DNA of 62,134 nt, the filler included, from Malassezia furfur (Eukaryota): assembly GCA_052055015.1 (NCBI GenBank). It is 4 parts of 4 records of this genome, joined end to end, with 100 filler letters (N's around TTAATTAATTAA, not from the genome) between each part and the next. Parts side by side here need not be neighbours in the genome. Positions count along the whole stretch, not along the records: positions 31,195 to 46,618 come from JBQJIT010000273.1; 3 more parts are not named here. The stretch is one strand, 5' to 3'. Position 1 is the first letter of the stretch; every line of letters starts with the position of its first letter. This document shows, piece by piece, positions 33,493 through 45,795 of the stretch. A program made the position numbers and the translations under genes. The notes below the pieces were generated by a model. The model did not search any database. It was not told the origin of the DNA and saw nothing but the letters and a program-made list of their open reading frames with translations.

Positions 33493-36400
33493 CTACGAAG
33501 CGTACGCTGCCAATACGGTGCGCTCGATCGGGCGACGCGGCGGCGGCGCGTGCGTCCAGAGGGCAAACTGGCGGAAGCCCTGCTCGAGGAGGATCGCGAT
33601 GCCGGGCACCGCGTGCCACCCGCACGCGGCCGCGCACTGCAGCAGCGGCGTGTCGGCGGGCTTGTACGCCATGTCGATCGCGACGCCCCCGGGGTGCGCA
33701 AACAGCGCCTCCTCGAACGACAGCGCCGTCGTGCCGTCGAGCGACTGCCCGTCGGCGGGCACGTTGCCCACCACGACCGCGGGGCGCTGCGCGGCCGCGT
33801 CCGCGAGCGTACGCACGGCACGCACGCGCCACTCTTTCGGCACGGCGTCCGCGAGCGCCTCGGCCTTTTCGTAGGTGCGGTTGCACAGCAGAATTTCGGC
33901 GGCACCCAGCGTGTGCATCGCGTACAGCGCCGCGCGCGCCGAGCCGCCCGCACCGACCACGAGCACGGTGCTGTGCGGGGGCAGCGTGATGCGCGCGGCC
34001 GCCAGCGCGTGGATCGCCTGCCAGTCGGTGTTGTCGCCGCGCAGCACGCGGCGGCCCTCGACCTCGACGGGGATCACCGTGTTGACCGCGCCGATGATCT
34101 GGGCCTCGGGCGCAATCTCGTCGAGGTACTGCATGATGCGCAGCTTGTGCGGGATCGTGACGCTCGCGCCGCCAAAGTCGGGCGCGCGCAGGAGCGCCGT
34201 GTCGATCCCGTCGAGCGTGTCGCACTCGTGCAGCGCATAGGTGTACGGCAGGCCGAGCAGCGCAAAGCCCGTGTTGTGCAGCAGCGGCGAGAGCGAGTGC
34301 GCGATCGGCGTGCCGAGCAGCGCAAAGCGCCGCGCGGGCAGTAGGCCAAGCAGGTGCCGCGCGGCGTGGATCTCGGCGATGCTCAGCTGCCCGGGCGCCG
34401 CCTTGGCGGGCAGCGCCGGGTGCGTCACGGGGGTGAGCACCGTGTTGAGCACGCGGCTCAGCTGGCCCTCGGCGCCCATGTTGAGCGCAATGAGCGGCAC
34501 GCGCGTCTGGGCCGCACGGAACGCCTCGAGGTGCAGGTTGTCGGCCATCGTGCGCGCGGTGCCGACGAGCTTGACGTAGTCGCCGACGCGCGTGCCCTGC
34601 GCGTACAGCGCGCGCATCCGCGTCGACGTCCACGGCACCGCGCCGGTCGTGTCGTGCGACGACGCGATGATCACCGCGTGCCCGCGCTGCGCACGCACCG
34701 CCGCGAGGCGCGCGGCCGAGCGGTGCAGCTCGACGTCAATGTACTCGCACCCGAGGCGCAGGCCGAGGCGCACGAGCGCAAAGTACAGGTCCTCCTCCGC
34801 CTCGGGGAAGCGCCCGCCCTGCGACACGCTGCGCACCGTGTACAGCAGCGGGAGCGGCGTCGCGTTGCGCAGCAGCGACACCTGCTCGCGCACGTGTGCG
34901 AGCGTCGGCGTGCCCGCGGGGTCGAGCAGGTCGACGCGCACCTCGATCACGTCCGCGCCCGCGGTCCATTCGTCGAGCGTCGGCAGCGCCGCACGCACGT
35001 CGGGGAACGTGAGCGACACAAAGTGCGACGCGCGGCTCACGTCCACTGGCGTGCGCTGCCCGCGCGCGGTCGCGAGCGTGCGCGCGAGCACCGCGGTGCC
35101 GTCGAGGTCGGGCGCGTTGAGCATCTCGAGCGAGGAGCACGCCTCAAAGTAGGGGATGCGCCGCGCGTACACGTCGGCGATCGGCTCGCCGTACGCGGGC
35201 CGGTCGCTCGTCGCGAGGAACGCCTCGATCGTCTCGAGGCTGCGCACGACGTGCACGACCGGGCCGTGCTGCGCGTACGCCTGGAGCTGCGCGCGGCACG
35301 CCTCGGTCTCGACGATGCCGCCGCCGAGCGCCAGCACGTGGCCGGTGGGCGCCTCGCGCAGGAGCTGCGCGAGCAGCTCCGCCTCCGCCGCGCGGAACGC
35401 CGGCCAGCCGTGCGTGGCGACGTACGCGTTGAGGCTGCCGTGGCGCTGCGCAAACACCTCGTCCGCGTCCACAAACACGTGGCCGAGGCGCGCGGCGAGC
35501 AGGCGGCCGATGTGCGTCTTGCCCGAGGCGCGCATGCCGATGCACACGACGGTCGCCTCGGGCGCGTAGCGCTGCGGCGTGAGGCTCGGGCACAGCGGCG
35601 AGAGCGCCGCGGCTTGCGCCGCGGGTGCGTAGCTCGGCACGGGCACGAGCGGCGCGTCGAGGTGCGCGCCGCTGACCACGACGCCGAGGCGCAGCTGCAG
35701 GTCGTCCCACCAGCCCGGCCAGGTCTTTTCGACGCAGCGCTTCTCGAGCAGCGTCGTGCCGGGCAGCGGCGCCACGGCACCGAGCACGCTGAACGCCATC
35801 GCGATGCGGTGGTCGTCGTAGCAGTGCACCTCGGCGCTGCGCCGCGCCGACAGCGCGACGCCGCTCACCTCGATGCCGTCGTCCCACTCGCGCGTCGCGA
35901 CGCCAAACTTGGCGAGCTCGTCGATCACCGCGCGGATGCGGTTCGTCTCCTTCACGCGCTGGTTCGCGATGCCGGTGATGCGCGTCGCGCCGCCCTGCGC
36001 CACGGCAAACAGCACCGCAGCGGTGATGAACGCGTCCGTCATCGGCTCCATGTCCACCGTGCCGAGCTGCCGCAGCGTGCCGGGCGGCGGGCCGGTCACC
36101 GTCGTCGACGTCGCCGTCTGCTCCACGGTGCAGCCCATGGGGCGCAGCACGTCCGTCGCAAAGCGCGCGTCGCCCTGCAGCGACGAACTGCCGATCGTCG
36201 GCACGGTGCACTGCGTGCCGGTGATCGCCGCAAGCGCCAGGGGGTACGTCGCGCTGCTCGCGTCGCTCTCCACCTCGTAATGCGCGGGCGCCTGGTACGT
36301 CGCGCGCGGCACGCAGTACACGTCGCGCAGCGCGCCGTCCGCGCCCCGCTCGCGCTCGACCTGCACGCCAAACGACGCCATCATGGCGAGCGTCATGTCA

Positions 36401-38309
36401 ATGTACGGCTGCGAGATCACCTTGCCGCCCACGAGCTCGAGCGTGACGGGCTCGGTCGCGTACGGCGCACACAGCAGGATCGCCGAGACGTACTGCGAGC
36501 TGACGTCCGCCGCAAGCGTCATGCGCCCGCCGCGCAGGCCGCCGCCGCCGATGCGCAGCGGCAGGCTGCCCTCGGCGCCGCGGTACGCCACCTCGCTGCC
36601 GTTCGCGCGCAGCGCATCGACGAGCGCGCCGATCGGGCGCTGCTGCATGCGCTTGTTGCCCGTCAGCTCGATGGCGCGCGCCGCGTCGCGCTGCAAGCAC
36701 GCGACCGCCGTCATGAACCGCGCGGCCGTGCCCGCGTTCTGCAGGTAGATCGCCTCGTCCGCCGCGGGCGCCTCGACGCGCCCGCCGTGGCCGTGCACGA
36801 CCAGCGTCTGCCCGCCGTCCTCAAAGGTGAAGTCGGCGCTGCGCAGCGTACGCAGCGCGTTCATCATCACCTGCGTGTCGTCCGAGTAGAGCACGTTGCG
36901 CAGGCGGCACGTCCCGCCCGCCAGCGCGGCGAGCAGCAGCGCGCGGTTCGAGATCGACTTGGACCCGGGCGTGACGAGCGTGGTGTGCGTCGCGACCGGC
37001 ACCGGCAGCACGGGGCGCACCGTCGCGGCGGGCGCGAGCACACGCGCAATCACCGCGTCCGACACGGTGCTCGCGCGCTCCTCGACGGTCGCGCCGATGC
37101 GCGACAGCAGCACAATCTTCTTGGCACTGCCCGCGTTCTTCTTGTCGACGCGCATAATGTCGAGCAGGCGCGCCGTGGTGAGCTCCTGCGCCTTGGACAG
37201 CGCAGCGATCCGCGCATCACTCAGCGACACGGGCAGGTCGTACGCCTGCAGGCACCGCACCAGGCGCCCGATCGCGACCTGCGGCAGGCCGTGCTCGACG
37301 CGCGCAATCTCCGCCTCGAGAATCATCCCGATCGACACACACTCGCCGTGCAGGATCTCGGGCGTGAGCACCGCCTCAATCGCGTGCCCGACCGAGTGCC
37401 CAAAGTTGACCAGGTTGCGCAGGCCCGTCTCCTTCTCGTCGATGTTGACAATGTGCGCCTTGACGCCGATGCTCCCGCGGATCACATCCAGCAGCAGGCT
37501 CTGGCTCACGGTGCGCGTCGCGAGCGTGTGCCCGGTCTGCTCGGGCGCGCTGCGCGCCTCGTCGCCCAGCACGGCCGAGCGGATCGCCTCCGACTCGGTC
37601 TCGAGCTTGACAAAGTCGGCCGCGTCCCAGATCGCCGCCGTCTTGACCACCTCGGCCATGCCGTTGGAAAACTCGCGCGGCGGCAGCGTCAGCAGGAACG
37701 CCGCATCCACAAACACAAACTGCGGCTGGTGGAAGGCGCCGATCAAGTTCTTCCCGTGGGGGTGGTCGATCGCCGTCTTGCCGCCCACGGCCGAGTCGAC
37801 CATCGCCAGCAGCGTCGTGGGGATCTGCACAAATTTGAGGCCCCGCATGAACTGCGTCAGTCACACACACGCACCGTCGCCGCCACGAAGCCGACCAGGT
37901 CGCCAATCACACCACCACCGCACGCCATCACGATCGTGTCGCGCGTCAAGCGGTGCTCCAGCATCCAGTCCTCCATCGCCGCCTTCGTCTCGCGGCTCTT
38001 GCTCTCCTCGCCGGGCGGGATGATGTACACGAGCACGCGCGCGGGCGCACCCGGCGGACTGTACTTCACAAACGCCTCCTCAAACTTTTGCACAACACCC
38101 AGCCGCTCCAGGTGGGTATCGGTGACCAGCACATAGGCACTCGACGGCAGCTCCGTCAGAAGCGTCTGCACAATGTGCGGGATCAGGTGGTAGCCAAGCT
38201 GGATGCGCGCATCCAGGCACCGCAGCTCATGGATCGTTGCGCCACTTACGGGCGAATCCGACGGCGGCGCATGGTACGAAGGTACCTTACTCCCCCCGGC
38301 GTCGCTCAT
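33493..38309 (-). CDS. ARO1: Pentafunctional AROM polypeptide
   Basis: DHQ synthase (GGGVIGD, GGKT), EPSPS (PGSKSISNR, NAGTAARF), shikimate kinase (GMRASGKT), DHQase (APGQ), shikimate DH (GASVTIPHK, NTD). 23-nt intron at 37852-37874. Confidence 0.98.
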
Positions 38310-38409
38310 CGTGGTCGAGTCAGAAGAACCGCGCGGTGTGGAGGTTCTTCGCCCCGCGGCCGTGCGCGCCCAGCACGTCGTCCGGCCGCCGGCGTCCTAC
38401 CACCGTGCC

Positions 38410-39606
38410 CTATTCATACGCTACAGGCTGCTTCACGCCCTGGTTGAGCGTGGTCTGGACCGCGGCAACCAGCTCGTCCGCACTCTGCACGGGCCACGCC
38501 TGCCGCAGCGCCTTCGCAAGGTCCTCGTCCGTCCGCCCCTGGCTCAGCTCCGCGCGGATCTTGGCGAGCTCGCACTTCGGCAACTTCGACACGCGCGACG
38601 TGCCGCCCAGACTAGCGGTCGTGTTGAAAGCGAGCTGCGTCAGGCAGTATTTGGTGTTGCCGAACGGATTGTCAAAGTGCACGGCATATCGCAGCCACTT
38701 CGGCGCGATCTCCGTTGCGACACACGCACGCTCCACCCGGAAACACGATGGATTCGCTTCCGGGCCGCGCGCAAGCATCAGCGAGGAGACGCCGGTCAGC
38801 TCCTGGATCCGCTCCACGTCCGTCACACTGAAGCAGTCGCCATTGCACACCACCGGCACGTCCTGCCCCGTCTCAGCGGCAATTTTGTGGACGTGGTCAA
38901 CGACTTCGCGCAGGCGGTGCAGCAGCGCGGGCTCGCGGGGGCGCATATTCTTGGTCCGGCAGTGTACGGTGAGCGCCCGGATGGTACGCGTACGCACAAT
39001 CTGCTCCACCAGCGCCAGGGTATCTTCTTGGCTGGGGAGCAGCCGGATTTTTGCCGTGACACTGACGTGCGGCGGCGCAGCGGCCCGCATCGCGCGCAGA
39101 ATGTCACATAGAAGGTCGGGCGTCGAGAGCAGGTTCGCGCCCATGCCGCCCAGCGTCGAGAACGGCTTGGGGCACCCGCAGTTGAGGTCGACGCCAGCCA
39201 CGTCGTCGTGGGCGGTCACGATCCGCACCGCCTCTGCAGCATACTCGGGCGTGGCCGAGCCAATTTGGTATATGAGCCGCGAGCGCTCCACGGGGTGGCA
39301 CGAGAAGATTTGCTTGTCGTCCTTCATGAACTCGATCAGGCCCGTAGCTGGATTCACACGGCGCTCGGTCCCCATGATGGCGCGGTCCACCACCTCCGGT
39401 GACCACACAAGGTTTGCGCCGTACTCGAGCGCCAACAGCCGCGTCGGCAGCGAGCCAATGCGAACCATCGGCGCCAGGAACAGGCCATGCCGAAAATCGG
39501 GCATACGAGGATCCGCCGCCGGTGGCAGCGACGAGGTATCAGGCATTCCGCCCATCGTTTTTATACGCTTGGATGCTCGTTCGCTCGGTTCAGGAGACGC
39601 ACGCAT
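38410..39606 (-). CDS. DUS2: tRNA-dihydrouridine synthase 2 (Smm1-like); start uncertain
   Basis: LAPMVRIGSLPTRLLALEYGA, VDLNCGCPKPFS, GMGANLL, TVHCRT. Confidence 0.9.
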   Translation of the reverse strand: MRASPEPSERASKRIKTMGGMPDTSSLPPAADPRMPDFRHGLFLAPMVRIGSLPTRLLALEYGANLVWSPEVVDRAIMGTERRVNPATGLIEFMKDDKQIFSCHPVERSRLIYQIGSATPEYAAEAVRIVTAHDDVAGVDLNCGCPKPFSTLGGMGANLLSTPDLLCDILRAMRAAAPPHVSVTAKIRLLPSQEDTLALVEQIVRTRTIRALTVHCRTKNMRPREPALLHRLREVVDHVHKIAAETGQDVPVVCNGDCFSVTDVERIQELTGVSSLMLARGPEANPSCFRVERACVATEIAPKWLRYAVHFDNPFGNTKYCLTQLAFNTTASLGGTSRVSKLPKCELAKIRAELSQGRTDEDLAKALRQAWPVQSADELVAAVQTTLNQGVKQPVAYE

Positions 39607-39724
39607 GACGGTACGAGCAAGAGACTGCGCGAAACCGAAAGCGCGGCGGAGCATGCAATGGACGCCGCCGAAAAAATTGGGCGTCTTTCGCGTTGGACTC
39701 CACATCTCCACACCCCCCACTCCC

Positions 39725-40597
39725 ATGGCACCCATGGCACAACGCACAAGTGGGAATGGGATTGGTGGGTCGTCGACTGCGTCACCGCCGATCTCGCTGG
39801 TCCTCGCGCCCGAATATCAGCTTCCTCCGCCGGTACGCAAGCCGGAAGACATGCATCCGCTTCCGACGGGCATCGATGCGTATTTCGTCTACCCTTTTAC
39901 CGCAGAAGACGTCGTTGCTTCGGGGCAGCTGAATACATCGAGTCGCAGCGTCGCAGCGCTGCGCGAGAAACACGATACGTACCTCGCGACTCGGAAGGCG
40001 ACCAAGGAACGCGAGGCTCAGGAGCGCATTCGGCGGATGGCGCCGGGCTGGGTCCCCGACCAGGTATTGCAACCCACTCCAGCCCAGCGCCCTGCGCCGC
40101 CGAGTCGCGACGGGCCATCTCCCACTGCGCTGGATGAGCATGCTCGGCCGCCTGCACCGACGCCTCTGTCAGCCGCTGTGGGACACGCTGCTTCCGTCGC
40201 CGACCCAGGCGCCGGACCGTCCAGGAATTCGCTCGACTCGCGTGCACCAATGGCAACCCCGTCTTCCAGTGTGCCTCCTGTGCGTCTTGAGCCGGCCGCA
40301 TCAACAGAGGAACGTGTTGCTACGACCCATTCTACGGCAGCGTCTGAGAATGTACCAGTTGCGGACTTACAGGAGCTGAGGCTGCCTCGAGCGCCGTCGC
40401 CTGCTCCCGCGGCGCTTGCCGAGCCGCTGGCCCAACCCGAGGACACCGTTCCACCCACGACGCCGCCAAAATCGCCCGTGGAGCGTCCCGCCGCACCGAC
40501 GCCCCTTGCGGCCTCCGATCCGGCCTCCCATCTCCCCAACAAACCGACAGATGATGCTGAACTGGAGCAATTGACATCCAACATGAACGCTTTGTAG
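39725..40597 (+). CDS. Hypothetical protein, Pro-rich C-terminus
   Basis: Fills the gap between genes. Ordered-looking core PEDMHPLP..IDAYFVYPFTAE...RRMAPGW. No family recognised. Confidence 0.7.
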   Translation: MAPMAQRTSGNGIGGSSTASPPISLVLAPEYQLPPPVRKPEDMHPLPTGIDAYFVYPFTAEDVVASGQLNTSSRSVAALREKHDTYLATRKATKEREAQERIRRMAPGWVPDQVLQPTPAQRPAPPSRDGPSPTALDEHARPPAPTPLSAAVGHAASVADPGAGPSRNSLDSRAPMATPSSSVPPVRLEPAASTEERVATTHSTAASENVPVADLQELRLPRAPSPAPAALAEPLAQPEDTVPPTTPPKSPVERPAAPTPLAASDPASHLPNKPTDDAELEQLTSNMNAL

Positions 40598-40616
40598 TCT
40601 ACAATGATGCGATACA

Positions 40617-41416
40617 TTACACCTTGTCCAAGGGACGATTAAACCCGCCTTTCCTGCTGTCAGCCATTGCACGTACCGGTTCATGTACTGACGCCAACTG
40701 CGCTCCTTGCGAACCTCTGCAAATCCCTCCGAGTTGTCCTCGACGTGTTTTCCCTGCGTCAGCACAAGACCTACCTTGCTGGACCCAAAATTGCCAAAAC
40801 CCATCATGGATGCAATCTGGTCGGCATCCATCTCATCTGCAACAGGCTCCGCAGGCTCCGACTTGGCAGGCTCCGACTTTGCAGGCTCGTCGCGCGGAGG
40901 CCGAGCGTCGGAGCGCTCGAGCTGCGTCACTTCGCGCTGGTCCCACCGCGATCGGTCGTGCGATGCCGGCGGACGCGCCGGCGGACTCCGCTCGCGATAC
41001 CGACTGCGCTCTTCGCGGTCATCGTGCGCGTCGCGACGGGCGCTCCATCGGTCGCCATGGTCCCTGGGCCGCCTGTCCCAGTCGCGGTTGTCGCGCGGAC
41101 GACGGTGCCAATCGTTTCGGTCGTCGTTCGGCCGGTCGTGCCGGTCTCGATCGTCTCGGTACCCGCTCCGCTGGGGCGGAGGGTGGTCACGACTCCGTTC
41201 GTTGTACCTACGATCGTCGTGCCGCTCTGCCTCCCCCCTACTTCCGCGCTCGTCGCGTCGACCGTATGGCGGCCTGCGACGGTCGTCGTCCCATTTATCG
41301 CGGGAATAAGCATCACCATGTCCTCGATCGCTCCTGGGATCGTGGCGTGGCCGGTCATGGTCCTGCCCTACGTCGTAGACGTCATCGTAGCGCACGCGCG
41401 ACCGACGCGAATCCAT
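40617..41416 (-). CDS. SNRNP27: U4/U6.U5 tri-snRNP 27 kDa protein
   Basis: RD-rich N-terminus. MMGFGNFGSSK|GKHV...RQYMNR|KGGFNRPL after introns 40754-40774 (21 nt) and 40654-40676 (23 nt). Confidence 0.9.
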
Positions 41417-41524
41417 CGTCGCACGGTCCTAACGGTGGATGTATAATTCCCCGATTGAATGCGCTTCTTGCTGACATATTGTCGTCGCCCGCCGACTCCC
41501 AACCGTCGAGTATCTCTCTTCACA

Positions 41525-41867
41525 ATGGCTGGTGGACATCATCGTACGTGCTGCATGTCGGTTCAACTAACAAACAGGCTCGGTTAAGATCGACCCCGCT
41601 ATCGAAAGATGGCAGGCGATGGTGCGTTTTCTCTAAATTAACGCAGCACAACTCGATGTACCAGCGCTTCCGCTGGACGCCCAAGAACACGCCGTCGCTG
41701 CTCTTCTTCGGCATCGCGGTGCCTGCCGCGACGCTGTACCTCTTCACGCAGACCAACGTACGTATGGCCCGCAAAGACTGACCATGCAGAGCAAGTGGGA
41801 CTGGTCGGGCAAGACCAAGGACGAGTCGCTCCTTGCGCAGCCTCCGAAGCCCGCTGAGGAGCAATAG
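41525..41867 (+). CDS. Complex I accessory subunit NDUFB4/B15-like (not in ORF track)
   Basis: MAGGHHRSVKIDPAIERWQAMHNSMYQRFRWTPKN...KWDWSGKTK after introns 41544-41577, 41622-41646 and 41758-41789. Confidence 0.8.
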
Positions 41868-42495
41868 ATTCTGACAGGCTCTTCTATGAAATAAAGCGAG
41901 GATACTGGGATTATTTGGGTGCGATCATGGGTGGTCTTCAGCTTCAGTATGCGACGCGGGTTGCTCGAGATATGGAGAGAGTGTCAGGTGTCTCTACCCA
42001 CGATGGCGAGCGAGACAAAGGCATTACATTGGGTCGGTTGACTAGCGTGCCAAGTGGGCACGATTTTCTCGTGTTGTATTGGCGCTGCGTGAGCTTTCCA
42101 TGGGCAAGAAGGGTTGTTCTGGCGGCGCCAGGCGCTTTCAAACCTATCTATAAGACGACAGAGGAATCACAGCAGGTGTGAACCAAAGCCATGCACCCCT
42201 ATGTACGCTAGTTTGCACTGTGCCGCGCATATCGGGCCGGCCGGCTCGTACGCGCCGTCGGCTTCGCGCGGCCCGACCGTTCTTTTCGGCTCACTGCCAC
42301 GGGCGTGCCACGAGCGACCCTAGGGTGCACGGGTCTATTTGCACGTGACTTTGGTGGCAAGAACGAGCTATGACTCGTTCGATAGACGAACGATTATTCT
42401 TCCGACACCTGTGATAAACCTATTAGGTCCATTGACCTGCACTATCTTTGCGGGGGAATTTTCTTCGAGGCCGTTTTTCTCCCTAGATTACCAAC

Positions 42496-43947
42496 ATGTC
42501 TGACGAGTGTTGCAATTCGCGCCCTTCCAAGATGCAGAAGGTGAACGGTGAGGCGTCGGAAGACGTCAAGGACTCGCACGTTGCGGTGGATACCAGCAGC
42601 GCCGTGAGCCAGCCGGCCCGTACGGAGAACACGGCGCTCGGTGGCACCCAGCCGTTCGGTTCTTCGCGGTACAGCGACTTCCTGAGCAACGTGTCCAACT
42701 TCAAGATTATTGAGTCGACGCTGCGTGGTATGTATACGGTGCACAGGGCGTGCTAACTGCCAGAGGGTGAGCAGTTCGCGAACGCGTTCTTCGACACCGA
42801 GACCAAGATCAAGATCGCCAAGGCGCTCGATGACTTCGGTGTGGACTGCATTGAGCTGACCTCGCCTGCGGCCTCGGAGCAGAGCCGCAAGGACTGTGAG
42901 GCGATCTGCAAGCTTGGTCTGAAGACCAAGGTCATTACGCACATCCGTTGCCACATGGACGATGCCCGCATTGCGGTCGAGACCGGTGTCGATGGTGTCG
43001 ATGTGGTCATGGGCACCTCCAAGTTCCTGCGGGAATACTCGCACGGCAAAGACATGACCTACATCACCAAGGCGGCTGTCGAGGTCATCAACTTTGTCAA
43101 GAGCAAGGGCATCGAGATCCGTTTCTCGACCGAGGACTCGTTCCGCTCGGACCTGGTGGATCTGCTGAGCATCTACCAGGTGGTCGACAAGGTCGGTGTG
43201 AACCGTGTGGGTATTGCCGACACGGTCGGTGTGGCGAACCCGCGCCAGGTGTACGACCTGGTCCGGACACTCCGCAGCGTGGTCGGCTGTGACATCGAGT
43301 GCCACTTCCACAACGACACGGGCTGTGCGATTGCCAATGCCTACACTGCGCTCGAGGCCGGCGCCACCCACGTCGACACGTCGGTGCTGGGTATCGGTGA
43401 GCGCAACGGTATCCCCAGTCTGGGCGGCTTCATCGCGCGCATGTACGCTGCGGACCGCGACTATGTCATGAACAAGTACAACCTCAAGGCGCTGCGTGAC
43501 GTCGAGAACCTGGTGGCGGACGCCGTCCAGGTGCAGATTCCCTTCAACAACCCCGTGACGGGCTACTGTGCCTTTACGCACAAGGCGGGTATCCACGCCA
43601 AGGCTATCCTGGCGAACCCTAGCACGTACGAGATCCTCAAGCCGGAGGACTTTGGCATGAGCCGCTACGTGTCGATTGGCCACCGCCTCACGGGCTGGAA
43701 CGCGGTCAAGTCGCGTGCGCAGCAGCTTGGTCTGGAGCTCACCGACGACCAAATCAAGGCGGCGACGAACCGTATCAAGGTCATGGCCGACATCAAGGAC
43801 CAGACGATGGAGGACGTCGACGCGGTGCTCCACGTCTTCTACCGTGCCATCAAGAACGGGCAGGACATCAGCCACGACAAGGTGTTCGACCGCCTGCTGG
43901 AGCAACATAACTCGGCGACGACGACCCAGTCCGCGATCGAAAACTAG
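42496..43947 (+). CDS. LYS21: Homocitrate synthase
   Basis: [44 protein letters not shown]. 36-nt intron at 42728-42763. TGACTC (Gcn4-like) at 42371. Confidence 0.96.
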
Positions 43948-44124
43948 AAAGTGTGTAGCCCGTAAAGACAGCATCGTTCGGTACACTCACTGGTACCACA
44001 CCGTTCTGCACTGTGCGCACGTGGGGCATCCCTGGAGGGCGCTGAGAAAACAGCCGAATAAAAATCTGACTCGGCGCGCCAAATTACCTACTTTGTGCGG
44101 GGGAGTCACTAGGTGTGCTCCACG

Positions 44125-45700
44125 ATGTCGTCGGTCGTTGCCGACGTGGAGAATGCCTCTATACCAAGCGTCGAGAAGGTCGATGACCTAAAGAAGGACG
44201 CCGTGTCTCCGCCAAACGACCCACAGCGGTACCGCGGCATTGTGGGGCGGTACCGCCGCTTCCGCGACCGGACGGCGTGGCGGCCTTTTTCCGCCATCGA
44301 ATGGACGAGCATTGAGCCGATACCCGAAGAAGACCGTGTCCAGCGCAACTACTGGTCTGCGGCGCTGATCTGGTTCAGCGTCAACATGAATGGTGCGTGC
44401 CCTGACCGCTCATGCAGTGCTCTCCTTCTCCACCGGCACGCTGGCGCCGTCGATGGGGATGGGTCTGCGGTCGTCGATGTACACGATTGTCGGATTCATT
44501 GTGCCCTGCAGCCTCTTCCCTGCCTACTTTATTACGTTCGGCCCCAAGCTGGGCATGCGCCAGATGGTCCAGTGCCGGTACTCGTTTGGGTACTTTGGCG
44601 CGAGTCTGGTGTCGCTGCTGAACGCCGTGACGATGTGTGGCTACGTGATCCTGAATGCGATTCTCGGCGGCGAGACACTGCAGGCAGTGTCGCCGAACCA
44701 GTCCATGTCGGCGACGGTCGGTATCGTGATCATTGTGGTGATTGCGCTGTGTATCTCCTTCTGCGGCATCCGCATGCTGCACTGGATTGAGCGCTTCTTT
44801 TGGCTGCCCGTGATGATCAGTTTCATCATCATGGTGGGCGAGACCAAGACGGGGCCGATGGGCCTGCACACGGAGCCGAACGAGCCGTCGCCGCCGTCGC
44901 GCACCATCCTGAGCATGGGGTGTGTGCTGGCCGGTTTCCAGATGTCGTACGCGGCGCTGGCCTCTGACGTGAGTTTGTACATCCAGCCGCGGATCCCGTC
45001 GTGGAAACTGTTTGTCACGACGGCGTGTGCCTTTGCGGTCGGCTCTGCGACGATCCTCATGCTGGGTGCGGCGTTTGCGGCGTCGGCGCAGACGATCCCT
45101 GCGTGGAACGATGCGCTGACCCAAAACCCGTCGCCGGGCCCGCTGATCAATCTTGTGCTCTCGACCAAGCTCGGCAACTTTGGCAAGTTTCTCACGGTGC
45201 TGATTGCGCTGTCGGCGATGGGCAACATCATGGCGACGCTGTACTCGCTGGGTCTGACGTGCCAGACGCTGCTTCCTGCGCTTGTCGTGCTGCCGCGCTT
45301 CGTCATCCCTGTGCTGGCCGTGGCGATCATTCTGCCGCTGTCGATCGTGGGCAAGGACCACTTCTACGATACCCTGACGAATTTCGTGAGCATGATCGCG
45401 TACTGGGCGGCGCTGTACATCGGCGTGGTGCTGGCGGACCACATTGTGATCCGGCGCACGCGCTTTGCATCGTACGACCCTGCCATCTACAACCAGTGGG
45501 GCAAGCTGCCGCCCGGCGTCGCGGCGGTCGGCGCGGCGGTGCTGTCGCTCGGCCTGGTGATCCCGCTCATGGACCAGGAGTGGTACACGGGCCCCCTTGC
45601 GCGGCATGTGGGCGATCTCGGATTCGAAGTCGGCCTCGTGCTCTCCTTTGTGCTCTACATAGTGCTGCGTCCGCTCGAGAAGCGCATCGCGGGGCGGTAG
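44125..45700 (+). CDS. NCS1 purine-cytosine/pyridoxine permease (Fcy2/Tpn1-like)
   Basis: WFSVNMN|VLSFSTGTL, FGPKLGMRQMVQCRYSFG, MDQEWYTGP, GDLGFE. 25-nt intron at 44393-44417. Confidence 0.88.
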
Positions 45701-45795
45701 GCCGCGCCGCGCCAGGCACAAGTGTTGGTCTCTCTGGGTCACGTGGCCGACGCGTCGTCCAAACAGGCGTACGACTACCGCGAGCGTGGTGGGCG

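Noticed and set aside
26027..38136. Very long alternative-frame and antisense ORFs (e.g. 1011, 1036 and 1260 aa)
   Set aside because: Shadows of DOP1, MDL1 and ARO1 caused by high GC3; Arg/Ala-rich with no motifs. The same applies to 47384-50062 and 59960-62059.
40654..40659. Tandem CAG-CAG acceptor that could give a 20-nt intron in SNRNP27
   Set aside because: The proximal AG is only 2 nt after the branch A, and the 23-nt form gives the expected NRKGGFNRPL.
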